DNA of 64,000 nucleotides from Podospora anserina (Eukaryota): positions 2,480,001-2,544,000 of the forward strand of contig CM030335.1 in assembly GCA_017654855.1 (NCBI GenBank). The letters run 5' to 3'. The position numbers were made by a program, and so were the translations under genes. Below are positions 9,950 to 20,914 of this stretch, piece after piece; the stretch's first letter is position 1, and each line of letters begins with the position of its first letter. Below the pieces are notes generated by a model. The model was not told the DNA's origin. It did not search any database and worked only from the letters and a program-made list of their open reading frames with translations.

Positions 9950-11023
9950 TCACTCGCTCTTCGGCTTAGCCTTCGCCTCCCCCTTCGCCTCCGACTTGGC
10001 AACACTCTCCCCGCACTTCTCCCAAACCTCCAACCCCGTCAACCACGTACTCGCCAACATCAACGCCGACACCACCCCCGTCGAAAACGGTACCCACCCC
10101 ACCGCCTTCCCCGGCACAGCCATATCCAACACATCCGCCACCGCCCGCCTCCCCGCCTTATACCTCGTGTCCAACAACTTGTCCAACTTTGTCCGTAACT
10201 CCTCCAACCTTTCCTCCCCAACCCTCACCCGCCCCAACCTCGTCTCCTGCTCCCTCCACTGCTGCTGCTGCTCCTCCCACCCCCCGTGCCCCCCCTTCGA
10301 CCTGCTACTCATCTGGGGAGGAGGGGGCTTCACCAGCGTCGGCCCTGCGGCACCTCTTTCCCTCCTCACCTCCTTCTCAAGGTGCCTCACCTCCCTCCTC
10401 GTCTGCGCAATCTCGGCCCCCAACCTGCCGACCTTCCAACCCCCGGCGAGAACAGCCAGAATCAACGCAAAAAACCACATCCTGTTCCCTTCCTTCATCA
10501 CCTTCCTTGCAAGCTCCCTGCCCCAGACCCCCAGCCCGTCGACCTTGAGCTCGTCAACGAACGTGGCCGTCTCAGCACAGTAATAGACCCCGTTGAAGGA
10601 TTTGCTCAGTATCTCTAGCCATTTCTCGATGCCGACGCCGCCTAGGAGGAGGCCGACTGCCAGCCCGGCTTTGGCCTTTTCTGCGCCCGAGGATGGTGGC
10701 TTCCCTTCCGCTTTCGACTTTGCCGAGGCCTCGATGTATTTATCAAAGGCTTGGGAGAAGGACTCTAGGAAGCGGAAGAGGCGGAAGTAGCGCCGCCCCA
10801 GGGAGAGCCGGGATTTGAGTTCGGTGAGGGTGAGTTTCTTTCGAGGGGAGAGGGTGCGGGGGATTTTCTCGGCGGGGAAGCCGAGGAAGGGGAGGAGGGC
10901 CAGGGGGAGGGAGGGGTAAGAAAGTAAAAGCTGGGTGAGGGATTGGAGGAAGCGGAGGGTGCGTTCGAGGCCGTAGGCGTCGGTGGAGAATTTGATGAAT
11001 TGGTGGAAGGTGTTTTGTGACAT
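9950..11023 (-). CDS. PEX11-family peroxisomal membrane protein
   Basis: FIKFSTDAYGLERTLRFLQ, LSLGRRYFRLFRFL, a hydrophobic segment MWFFALILAVLAG and a C-terminal GVVSALMLASTWLTG segment are typical of Pex11. Confidence 0.8.
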   Translation of the reverse strand: MSQNTFHQFIKFSTDAYGLERTLRFLQSLTQLLLSYPSLPLALLPFLGFPAEKIPRTLSPRKKLTLTELKSRLSLGRRYFRLFRFLESFSQAFDKYIEASAKSKAEGKPPSSGAEKAKAGLAVGLLLGGVGIEKWLEILSKSFNGVYYCAETATFVDELKVDGLGVWGRELARKVMKEGNRMWFFALILAVLAGGWKVGRLGAEIAQTRREVRHLEKEVRRERGAAGPTLVKPPPPQMSSRSKGGHGGWEEQQQQWREQETRLGRVRVGEERLEELRTKLDKLLDTRYKAGRRAVADVLDMAVPGKAVGWVPFSTGVVSALMLASTWLTGLEVWEKCGESVAKSEAKGEAKAKPKSE

Positions 11024-11695
11024 TTTGAGGGAAGGGAGGGGATCGTCACGGGGGTGGGCGGTAAGAATCGGTTGTGTTGTGTCGTGTGAATATTGTGATG
11101 GCTTGTTTTGGACGTGGTTGTTGTGAGATGTTGTTCTGATGGTGGTGAGAGTGAGACGTGAAGTGTGGGTAATTCAATGTCTTGGCGGTGTATCTTTTAC
11201 GAGAGCGAGATGGGTCGGGCAAGCTGTTCACTCATGAGAAGTATGCGTGTCCTTGGCAAGAACTAAACGGTCGTCTTAAAGTCGGTATCAAAAGTAAAGT
11301 TGAGATGAAAAGATGCTCGGGTCTCAAGAAGAATCGCGTCGGTGAAAAACAAAATCGACAAATCGTGAGATGAGCTGTCGGGTTTCAGGCACAAATGTCG
11401 CTCCATTGGGTGGCTGGTTTTTGCTGTTTATGGTTGGTGCATTTCCTAGCGCGCATCCGTTCAGCTCCCTCGAATCAGCCCCTGACTCCTGTGGCAAGGG
11501 ATAAACAGAGGCAAATGTTCAAACACCACATGTATTCGTTGCCTTCCATATGCCCCCTAATCTTCAAGTAAATACAACACCGCCCAGCGAGAGAATGATG
11601 CACATGTACACAATGGCTGCAACGAATTCTCTCTCAATTCCAAACTTCATGCCTCCTTTTATCTAAGGCCTCCCACCAGCTGTACACCTATACCC

Positions 11696-13305
11696 TTACA
11701 TACCAGGAGAGACAAGCACACCCTTCTCCCTAGAGTCACGCTTCCACCCACCAGCAAGCGCCTCGCCACCGTTCTCCTGAGCAAACTTTTGCATGCGCGC
11801 CTCAAGCTCTGGCCTGAAGTGGCGGATAAGACCCTGGATAGGCCAGGCAAAAGCCTCACCCAAAGCTAGGAATTGGGTCAGCAAAAAGTAGTTATTTATC
11901 AATCAGGAGAAGGGAAGAAACATACCGCAAATGGTGTGACCCTCCACCTGCTTGGTCAGCTCCTGCAACATGTCAATCTCACGCTCGCGACCCTGGCCCT
12001 TCTCGAATCTTTGCATGATCTGCTCGGTCCACTTGCTGCCTTCACGGCAAGGAGTGCACTGGCCGCAAGACTCGTGGCGGTAGAAGTGGCTGAGACGGGA
12101 GATGGCGCGGACAACATCGGTGCTCTTGTCCATGACGATGACAGCAGCGGTGCCGAGACCGGACTGGCTGTCCTTCAGGGCATCGAAATCCATGAGCTGG
12201 TCGTCGCAGACATGCTTGGGCAGGATAGGGGTGGAAGAACCACCGGGGATGACAGCCAGGAGGTTGTCCCAGCCGCCACGGACACCGCCGCAGTGCTTGT
12301 CGATAAGCTCCCGGAGAGGAATGCTCATCTCCTCCTCGACTGTGCAGGGGTTGTTGACGTGACCGCTGATGCAGAAGAGCTTGGTGCCCTGGTTGCGCTC
12401 ACGGCCGAAGCCGGCGAACCAGCTGCCACCGCGACGGCAGATGGTAGGGGCAACAGCAACAGTCTCGACGTTGGCAACAGTGGAAGGGCAACCGAAAAGA
12501 CCGACAGCGGCAGGGAAAGGAGGCTTCAAGCGGGGCTTGCCAGGCTTGCCCTCAAGAGACTCGATCAAGCTGGTCTCCTCACCGCAGACGTAGGCACCGC
12601 CACCACGGTGAACGTAGACATCAAAGTCATAACCGGAACCGCAGGCGTTCTTGCCAATAAGACCGTCGGCATAAGCCTCGTTGATGGCGTTTTGGAGAAC
12701 GGCAGCCTCGTGGATAAACTCTCCACGAATGTAAATGTAAGCAGCCGAAGCGTTCATGGCACGGCCAGCGACCAAGCAGCCCTCCACCAGCTTGTGGGGG
12801 TCCTTGCGCATAATCTCGCGATCCTTGCAGGTTCCCGGCTCACCCTCATCGGCGTTGACAACCAGGTATCTCGGTTTGTTGTCCTTGTCCCAGTCCTTGA
12901 AGTTCATGAACGACTGCATAACAGCGTTAGTAAGCTTACTTCTTCTGTCGTCCAAAGCTCCAAACGCACCCATTTCAGACCCGAGGGGAAACCAGCACCA
13001 CCACGTCCGCGGAGGCCGGAGGCCTTGATCTCGCCAATGATCCAGTCGTGGCCCTTGAGGAGGATCTCCTTGGTCTTGTGCCAGTCGCCCATCTTCTTGG
13101 CGCTCTTGAGGTCGGGGGGGAAGCGGCCGTAGAGGTTCTGGAAGATGCGGTCCTGGTCGCGAAGGCCACCATAGGTACGGCTAGGGGCAGCGCCGTCCTG
13201 GACGGTAGCGAACGAACGGCATTGTTGTTGCGTCGTGGCGGCCGCGACAGCGTTTGTGAGGGTCTTGGCCGACGCCTTGGTGGGCGCAGCAGTGCGGGAC
13301 AACAT
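11696..13305 (-). CDS. nuo-51: NADH:ubiquinone oxidoreductase 51 kDa subunit (NDUFV1/NuoF); exons 13305-12970, 12913-11926, 11865-11696
   Basis: Mitochondrial presequence [57 protein letters not shown] and the Fe-S motif [12 protein letters not shown]...TICALG; canonical introns 12914-12969 and 11866-11925. Confidence 0.97.
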
Positions 13306-13932
13306 GTTGGTATAGATTCGTGTCTCTGCTCGGCAGAGACAGAGGGAGGCGGAATGCCAGTGGGCCGGGGCCGGGGGGGGTGGCGGGTTGAGAAGAGGGA
13401 GAAGAGGTCGTCGAGGGGTTCGTTCGTTCCTGGGGACGACCACGACGAGGGAGGTTGAGGTTGGCCTGTGGCTCAATTGAGCGATTGTGAGCGGCTTCTT
13501 TGAGATTTGGTTTCGCAACGTCGATGATTGGCTGAAATTTACCGGGATGTGGCGGGCAGGCACTTGGGCCGCCTGTGGCGAGAGCTGCCAAGATCGCTGA
13601 CGCAGTGTGGGGGGAAGCTGTTCGCTGAAGAGCTCCGAGAGCTTCAACAAAAAGTTCCCTGAACAACACCATCTCTGTCTCGACAAACAATCGTCAGCCT
13701 TGCGCTCCAGCCTCGACCGTCCGCCCACAACGCCCTCGGGACGAGGAGCTGCGTGTGGCTCTAGTTATCAGTCAATGCTATATTGTTTTTGTCCAGCTAC
13801 CACTCCCTTCCTTGCAACTACGTATACTGTGCCATGCGCCCAAGCTCTCGACAATCTAGCAGTGTCAGCCTTGGCCAGTGATCAACACCACCAAACATCA
13901 CCACAAAACAAAACTCTCGACTTTTAGCAAAG

Positions 13933-14566
13933 ATGTCTTCCAAACGCCACTCCATCCTCCCCGCCGTCTCAGCAGGCCCTAAACCACCAGTCCACTTCTC
14001 CTCCTCCATCACCATCGCCGAATCGGCCCTCCTCACCGGTACAAACCTCATCACCATCTCTTCCGAGTCCGTCATCCACCCCCGCGCCAAACTCGACTCC
14101 CTCGCCGGGCGCATCACCATTGGCCGTCGCTGTGTGGTTCACGAGCGCACCATGATCGGTGCCATCGGAACATCGGGCAAAGTAACCGAACAAGCCGTGA
14201 CCCTCGGAGACTACGCGACCGTCGAAGTGGCCGCCTCCATCGAAGCTGGTAATACCATCATCGGGGAGGGAACCACAGTTGGAGTTGGCTCAAAAGTTGG
14301 AGCGGGCGCAGTAATAGGAAAGGTTTGTTTCATCTTCCCACAGGTAGACACAGAGGAGATGCTGACAGGCAAACCAGCATTGCACCCTAACCCCCCACAC
14401 CGAAGTCCCAGCCGGCGAGGTCATCCCCGATTTCACAGTCATCTATTCCAACGGAATGAGGAGGATAGACAAGCGAGGGGTGGCAGACCTGAAGAACAAG
14501 GGGCAGGCGAGGCAGATTGATGTGCTGAGGAGGATGATACCCACTAATCCGGCCAAGTTTGCCTGA
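13933..14566 (+). CDS. Dynactin subunit 6 (p27)-like left-handed beta-helix protein; exons 13933-14322 and 14378-14566
   Basis: Hexapeptide repeats with VIHPRAKL and ITIGRRCVVHE. Intron 14323-14377 (GTTTGT...GCTGAC...CAG) gives ...VIGKHCTLTP..EVIPDFTVIYSNG..QIDVLRRMIP. Confidence 0.78.
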
Positions 14567-16101
14567 TTACTTCTTTTTTTGTTGTTATACATGATGATGT
14601 TTTTTTTTTGCTAGGGTACAATACCCGTTGTGATGATCATGGAAATGGAGAATTCCCGTTCGCATTCAGCTTCTGTCTTTGGGCGCATTATTTTCACAAC
14701 CTTGAAAGAAACCAAAAAGAAGGCCACCCAAGAGAAGAGAAGACAGGGCAGCCCTGAGTGCGATGGAATTGCCGTTTTATCGAAACGAGCAGTGTTTTGA
14801 CTCGGCTACTTTTCAGGGAGGTCCGGAAGTGGAATAGATAAGGTGTATAGGGCACGACACGACCTCGGTCACTTGGAGATCATAGCCTCTTGTTGATGTT
14901 GTTTGGTGTGATGAAAAATGAACGAATAACTTTGGTCTCTACTTCAGCTGGAGCCTACTATAACTCTATGGCGAGGGGTGTCAGGGGAAAATCAACTTTC
15001 TCATCCCACAACCCATGGTTTTTTGGAGCCCAAGAAAAGTCTTGACTGATTGTTTTATTTTAGTACGGTCTACTTGCCGGCCTCGTTCTGGCAACAGGAT
15101 CAGGGCTTCATCATGCCTTCATCAGGGTTAGGTGTAGCTTGCAACGTTTCATATTGACCACGTGTCTTAGAACAGACTGGCGAAGGCATATATCTCTTAC
15201 CGTTCACGACCTAGGTAGGTATCTGGGTTGGCAGGTGGGACCAGGAAGCAAATCGACTTTGGCAACAGCCCGATTGCTCTCTCCCCCAGGTTGTACTTGT
15301 CTCCATAACAGAAATCATGCCTGCACCCACTTACATCACATGTTTGATTAGAATCTGGGACCAGAGCTGGAATTGTGTCAGTTTTCACAAATCGTGCAAG
15401 TTTCCATCCGGACAGTCTTTGTCATGGTGGGTTTCTTCACTTCTCAGTCGCTGTGGGAGAAGGAAAAACCAGTCAGTCTCGGCCTTTGGCATATGTGGCC
15501 GGTCCCGGAAGGACAGCTGCCTTCCCCGGCCGAATTCCGTCGGAACAAGCTTCCGCGAGAGACATTGAAGCTCGCAGCTGCTGGGAGCCGTCTCGAAAGG
15601 CACCGGAGCATGCAATCTGGCCCATCATGCACAATCCTCAACCATTCGGGTGCGATTCCCTAGCAGGGGGGCCAGAACCCAAGTAAGTGTAAAGGCACCG
15701 TCAGCCCTACCGCCCTGCTCATGCACATCATCTCTTCAGACCCCGACCTAATCGGCTCTTTTGACCTCACCTCCAGACACTCACCATGGAGGCAAACAAC
15801 GACATAGAGAGCATGGAAATGTCGGAAAACAGAAGAAGTCAGCATGAAAGGACATTGGAAGCAAACAGGGACGGGGCAGCCCAGTACTCGTATGAGACTG
15901 CGGGACTGTTGCTATAATACCGGCATTTTCTCGGCCGCCGTTGCTTCCATAGGTACCAGCTCACCACCACACACCTTTCTCATCCATCAGTCCCCTCACC
16001 CTCGGTCGGGACACTGGCAAAAGCGGAACAGGCCCAGCGGAAACCACTGCTGTCTCCCCTCGTCCAGCCGCCGGCTCAGACCACCGCACGCTTTGAAAAC
16101 G

Positions 16102-17643
16102 ATGGCTTCTACTCCAAACCAAAGCTCGGCTTTTCTGTCAGGCCACAGAAGAGCACGAACCAGACAGCTTATCAAGAAGCCTTTCAAGAAAATATTCATA
16201 AAGTCAATTTTGTTATCTGCGTTTACCCAGCAGCAACCACCACCATCACCACCACCGAGCACATCTTTTGCATCTTCATCCTCCCACCAACACCGAGATC
16301 CGACTCCTCCTCCTCTCCCTCGGTCGTCGCCTCACTCTCGACCCACCAGCCGACGATCTTCCTCCACCACCACCACCACCACCACCACCAGCCAACTTAT
16401 CTGGAGACTCTCTGACGACACCCTCTCTTGTTCCAGCCTACAGCTAGCAGCACATTTCAACACAACCACCCAGCTATCCGACTCTTGCACCATTCCACTC
16501 TCGCCTTACCTTTACCAAGAACAACAACAGAATATCATCACGCCCTCCAACGACAGCCACCCAAGCCCCTTCTCCACACCTCACCACCACCACTACTACT
16601 ACTCCACCGAGCATTCCCACACCAACAACCACTTCTACGTCACCACCATGTCTGGCAGCAGATCCTCGTCCCCTCCCCCAACCCCCTCGGGTTCCATGCC
16701 CATTGAACAGACACCCGCCTTCCAGAAACTTGTCCCCGTCGAGCGTGCACGAGCATTCATCCACTCTGTCGTGTTTGAAGAAGACGAGGAGCTGTCCGAG
16801 GAAGAGAGGGAGCACATCACCATCAAGTGCGAAAAGACATGGACGGACCTGCTGAAGCTGGGGAATTTGGACGAGAAGGAGGGGACAGAGGAGTGTCAGA
16901 AGTTGGTGCGCGCGCCGGTGATTGGGGAGGGGATTTGTCACAAGTTGTGGAAGAGGCTGGCGGCGATTTCGAGGAAGGGGGGGTACACGAATGAGGCGGC
17001 TGGTTTTGAGGCGATGAGGAAGAATTTGGTGGTGGAGGGCAAGGCGAGGCGGGAGGAGAAGAAGAGGGAGAAGGAGGAGAGAAGGAAGGAGAGGGAGGGA
17101 AGGAAGGGGGTGGAGGGGTTGTTGGATTCGTTGAAGCTGAGCCCGAGGAGGAAGGATAAGGAGGGGAGCCTGAGCGGGGAGCGGGATGAAGGGGAGGGGG
17201 GTGGAGAGCAGGAGGGAGAGGAGGGTTTTTGGCAGGCTCCTGAAACGTATACACCAAGGATTGCGCCGCCCGAGATGGAGGCGAAGGACACGCCTTGTCC
17301 GCCTGGGTTGTTGGGTTTGTTGGAGGGGGACGATGATGAGATGACCAGATGGGATCAGGCTGCCTATCATGGGAGGGTAGGGGTGCCGAACCGGAAGATT
17401 GAGGAAACTGTTGGTGGGGATGAGGAGGAAGAGGCTGTCAAGAACGCTGAGGATAAGAATAAGCGGAAGGCGGCCGAGGCGAAGGAGGGGAGCAGGTCTT
17501 GTCGGCCAAAGCTTACTAAGAGCAAGAGCTGGATTGGGAAGATAGCTAGCATGGGGGAGAAGGTTTCTTATGGGTTGGGGGTTGCAGGGCCTGCTGGGTC
17601 TAAGGGTCCGAAGGATGATAGGAGTAGGAAGAAGTCTATCTGA
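16102..17643 (+). CDS. Hypothetical low-complexity protein (start uncertain: 16102 or 16648)
   Basis: Frame open 15844-17643. 16102 is the first ATG after a TATAAT near 15913, and 16648 has a CACCATG context. S/T/P/H-rich N-part and charged C-part; no family recognised. Confidence 0.6.
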   Translation: MASTPNQSSAFLSGHRRARTRQLIKKPFKKIFIKSILLSAFTQQQPPPSPPPSTSFASSSSHQHRDPTPPPLPRSSPHSRPTSRRSSSTTTTTTTTSQLIWRLSDDTLSCSSLQLAAHFNTTTQLSDSCTIPLSPYLYQEQQQNIITPSNDSHPSPFSTPHHHHYYYSTEHSHTNNHFYVTTMSGSRSSSPPPTPSGSMPIEQTPAFQKLVPVERARAFIHSVVFEEDEELSEEEREHITIKCEKTWTDLLKLGNLDEKEGTEECQKLVRAPVIGEGICHKLWKRLAAISRKGGYTNEAAGFEAMRKNLVVEGKARREEKKREKEERRKEREGRKGVEGLLDSLKLSPRRKDKEGSLSGERDEGEGGGEQEGEEGFWQAPETYTPRIAPPEMEAKDTPCPPGLLGLLEGDDDEMTRWDQAAYHGRVGVPNRKIEETVGGDEEEEAVKNAEDKNKRKAAEAKEGSRSCRPKLTKSKSWIGKIASMGEKVSYGLGVAGPAGSKGPKDDRSRKKSI

Positions 17644-19038
17644 AGGTTGGAGAGATTAACGGCAAGGGAGTTTTGTAAGTGAGGTGTGGTGTGAATATGG
17701 TTTGTTTGGGGAGGTTGTTGGAAGCGTGGGTTGGAGGGTTTGTGGGGGAGGGAAAATAGCGGTTTGAGAGAGTATTCATCAGCGTGGGTTGATGAAAGAA
17801 AAGTTTTGATTTGTTTTTTATGTTTGAGGTTGCAGCTTTTGGCCAGTGATTGTGAGGGTTGTGATGGGTGATGTGTTGACATGGAGTAGGGGAGGTAATC
17901 AATGTGGGAGCACGTGAATGAGCGGGAAAGAGGGAAAAAATGGTGTGGGCGGCTAGACTGACGGAGGGCCAATTGATAGTGGGAGGAGGTCCGAGATTGG
18001 GGGGTTCTTGTGGTAGACTAGGCAGCTATGGTCAAGCTTCAGGATCGGGCAATGGTTGAGCATATTGATGAGGCCATGGCTGGATCGGGGAAGGTAGAAA
18101 TATACTTTGCGAGGGTTTCATGGGATCATAGATTTCATGAAGGTTTGAGCTTTATGAAGAGTCTTGAGGCAGGCCCTAAAGTTTAACATGTATTGTTTGG
18201 TAGGGCTCCTGCGTCCCGGAGCAAAGACACCGGCTGGGAAGTGTAGGCAGGTGGGGGACAACCGGTACACAAATTAATCGAGACTTGCAAATATCTACAG
18301 AGCACCTTTAATACACAACTTTCTCCCCAAATACTAGCATTATGAAGTCCAAAATAAGATCAATTATCGAAGGCTTTTGGAAGTACTTCTATTGAAAATC
18401 TTCAGGGGGTTTGGTGGTGATATAGATGATATATTGTAGGTTAAAATTGATGGTTTCTGTGTTAGTGCCGCTTTTTGATTTGTCTGGTGTCTTCGATTAC
18501 TTTGTAGGCTAGGTGGGGGGTGGTTATGTCACCACCTGGAAAGAAAGAGCCAGGCCGTCCCGATGGGGGTTTTCGCCTCATTGATCCCACTTATTTATCT
18601 GGGGTAGACCCCACTTGGATGAATATGATTGGTTTTTTGGGAGATCCCTGTTGAGTGGTGATGGGGTAAGATAGACGTCAGGTTTAAGAATTCCATCCCA
18701 TCCCAGCGCTGATTTCACTTTTTTGACTTTTGGAAAGATTTGTTTGTTTATTGACAAGAGGTTCTTGTGTTGAACAAGAGGATGTTTGTTCAGGCCGGCG
18801 ATTATTACGTTTGATCAACTGCAGCCGACAAAGTTATTTCCAACTTGGGACCTGAGAGAGAGAGAGGAAATTGTATTCGAACGGAAAGCGCAGAACGACA
18901 GAACCCAGGTCTGGGGATCAGTTCGCCAAGAACAAATTCAACTTTCCACAGGAGAAGGAGGAGGAGGGAGGTTTATTTACTCGATTTGGGATTGGGACAT
19001 CACAAGGGGGATTGATCACAGTCGACGAACAGGGACAG

Positions 19039-20841
19039 ATGGTCAAAATGTCCGAAGCCTACCCCTCCACCCCCTCCCCGTCCCCTTACTACACCTCCCG
19101 CCGCTTGGGACATCACCACCACCTCGACGACACCCCCATCATCGCAGACCTCAACTCCCGCCCCCGCTCCCTCCACCTGCTCGTCGCCTCCAATGGCCCC
19201 CGCGACGTGGCCTACGCCCAGACCATCGCCGTCCGGCTCTCCAAAGAAACGCAAATCACCACCCGCGCCATCGTCGACGATTTGACGCATCGGTTGGCGC
19301 AGGAGATCATGGTTCACCAAAACAAACCCGCCTCCCTTGCCACGAATGAGCAGCAAGCTTCGGAACTGATCGAATGGGCGGATTTGCTGGTGTTGGCACC
19401 GATAGATGCTGATACACTGGCGAAGATGATGGTGGGGATTGCGGACAATTTATTGTTGCAGGTGCTGAGGGGGTGGGACGCGAGCAAGAGGGTGCTGATG
19501 GTGCCCGGGATGACGAAGCAGATGTGGGAGAGCCCGGTTACGAGGCGGCAGATGGGGAAGCTGCATCGGAAGTGGGGGTGGGTGAGGGTGCTGCCGCCAG
19601 TGTTGTGGTCGTATGCCGGGGATGGAAGTGGGAAGAGGGTGGTGGAGTGGGAGGGGTTTAACGAGCTGCTTGGGATCATCAAGAACCAGGCGGATTTGTT
19701 GAAGGTGGGGTTTAATGTTGACGTTGGGGGTGGTAGTTTGCCGGTGTTGGTGGTGAAGAAGGGGAAACAGAAGAAGGCAAGGAGCCAGCTTCCTCCGGAG
19801 CTGTGGAGTATGATTTTTGAGTTTTTGGGGGATTGGGAGTTGGCGACGAGTTTGGGGGTTTATACTACCCTCGAGGTGCCCACGGGGGAGGGGTGGAGGA
19901 GGGAGCCGAGGGATAAGGGAGATCTGGTGGGCGTTTTTATGCATGAGTTGGAGTGGACGCTTCTGGGCGCGGATACGGAGGAGATCTGTAGGAAGCTGGC
20001 AAAGGCTCCGGCGGGGTTTTGTGATTTGAGCGCGTTGGCTGTGCACCTCATCTTCAAGTTTTCCTTGACGGGGGTCTTGACTTGGATCGAGGGGAATTCA
20101 CCTCATTTGTTCAAGTGTTTTGACGGCAAGACGATACCGACAAAGGCGTCGGCTTACTATGGGAGGACGGATATTTTGGAGTGGTGGAGGAAGAGCCCGA
20201 GCTTTTTGGAGAAGCAGTATGATTGTGAGGCGGTGGATAAGGCGTCGATGAGGGGGTTCGTGCACGTGCTGGAGTGGTGGAGGAGGAGCGGGCTGCCGCT
20301 CAAGTACAGCGAGGCTGCGTTTGAGGGGGCGAGTTCGAAGGGGCACATTCATGTTTTGGAGTGGTGGAGGGAGGCGAGCCTGCAGAACTCGGCCGTGGCG
20401 CTGAAGCCGGGGAAGGCGTTGCTGGGGGCGGCGCAGTGGGGGATGGTGGAGGTGATTAGGTGGTGGGAGGAGAGCGGTATACCGGCGGGACATCACGAGG
20501 CGGTTTGCAAGATGGCGAGTCGGTGGGGGCAGGTGGAGGTGCTGGAGTGTTGGAGGCGGCTGAGGGGGGATGACAAGTTGGAGTTTGATAATCAGATCTT
20601 GATGGAGGCGACGTATCATGCGCATATTCATGTGCTGGAGTGGTGGAGGAAGTATGCTCATGGGGAGCTGCCAGGGATGAATGGGAAGAAGGGCAGGAGG
20701 GTGGAATACAAGACCATGGATGTGGAAGAGGCGCTGGAAGATTCTCTTGGCGACCAGACAAAGGTCAGGAGATGGTGGGCGGAGAACGGGTTGAACTTGG
20801 GCCTGGGTACTACGGAGTGGATGAAGATCAAGGCTCTTTGA
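19039..20841 (+). CDS. HFCD flavoprotein (PPC-decarboxylase-like) domain fused to F-box-like motif and ankyrin-like VLEWW repeats
   Basis: WADLLVLAPIDADTLAK, DNLL..VLRGWD and PGMTKQMWESP; then LPPELWSMIFEFL; then repeated AS..G...VLEWW units. Confidence 0.82.
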   Translation: MVKMSEAYPSTPSPSPYYTSRRLGHHHHLDDTPIIADLNSRPRSLHLLVASNGPRDVAYAQTIAVRLSKETQITTRAIVDDLTHRLAQEIMVHQNKPASLATNEQQASELIEWADLLVLAPIDADTLAKMMVGIADNLLLQVLRGWDASKRVLMVPGMTKQMWESPVTRRQMGKLHRKWGWVRVLPPVLWSYAGDGSGKRVVEWEGFNELLGIIKNQADLLKVGFNVDVGGGSLPVLVVKKGKQKKARSQLPPELWSMIFEFLGDWELATSLGVYTTLEVPTGEGWRREPRDKGDLVGVFMHELEWTLLGADTEEICRKLAKAPAGFCDLSALAVHLIFKFSLTGVLTWIEGNSPHLFKCFDGKTIPTKASAYYGRTDILEWWRKSPSFLEKQYDCEAVDKASMRGFVHVLEWWRRSGLPLKYSEAAFEGASSKGHIHVLEWWREASLQNSAVALKPGKALLGAAQWGMVEVIRWWEESGIPAGHHEAVCKMASRWGQVEVLECWRRLRGDDKLEFDNQILMEATYHAHIHVLEWWRKYAHGELPGMNGKKGRRVEYKTMDVEEALEDSLGDQTKVRRWWAENGLNLGLGTTEWMKIKAL

Positions 20842-20914
20842 AGTAAAAGAATAGGCAGGACAAGTCATTCGAAGCTCATGAGTTGGTCTTGGCATGTGAT
20901 GCTTTTGTGGCTGT

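Noticed and set aside
11873-13132. 419-aa plus-strand ORF (likewise 23852-24880 minus, 42820-43728 plus, 45918-46865 minus)
   Set aside because: Antisense to well-supported genes; codon bias removes stops on the opposite strand.
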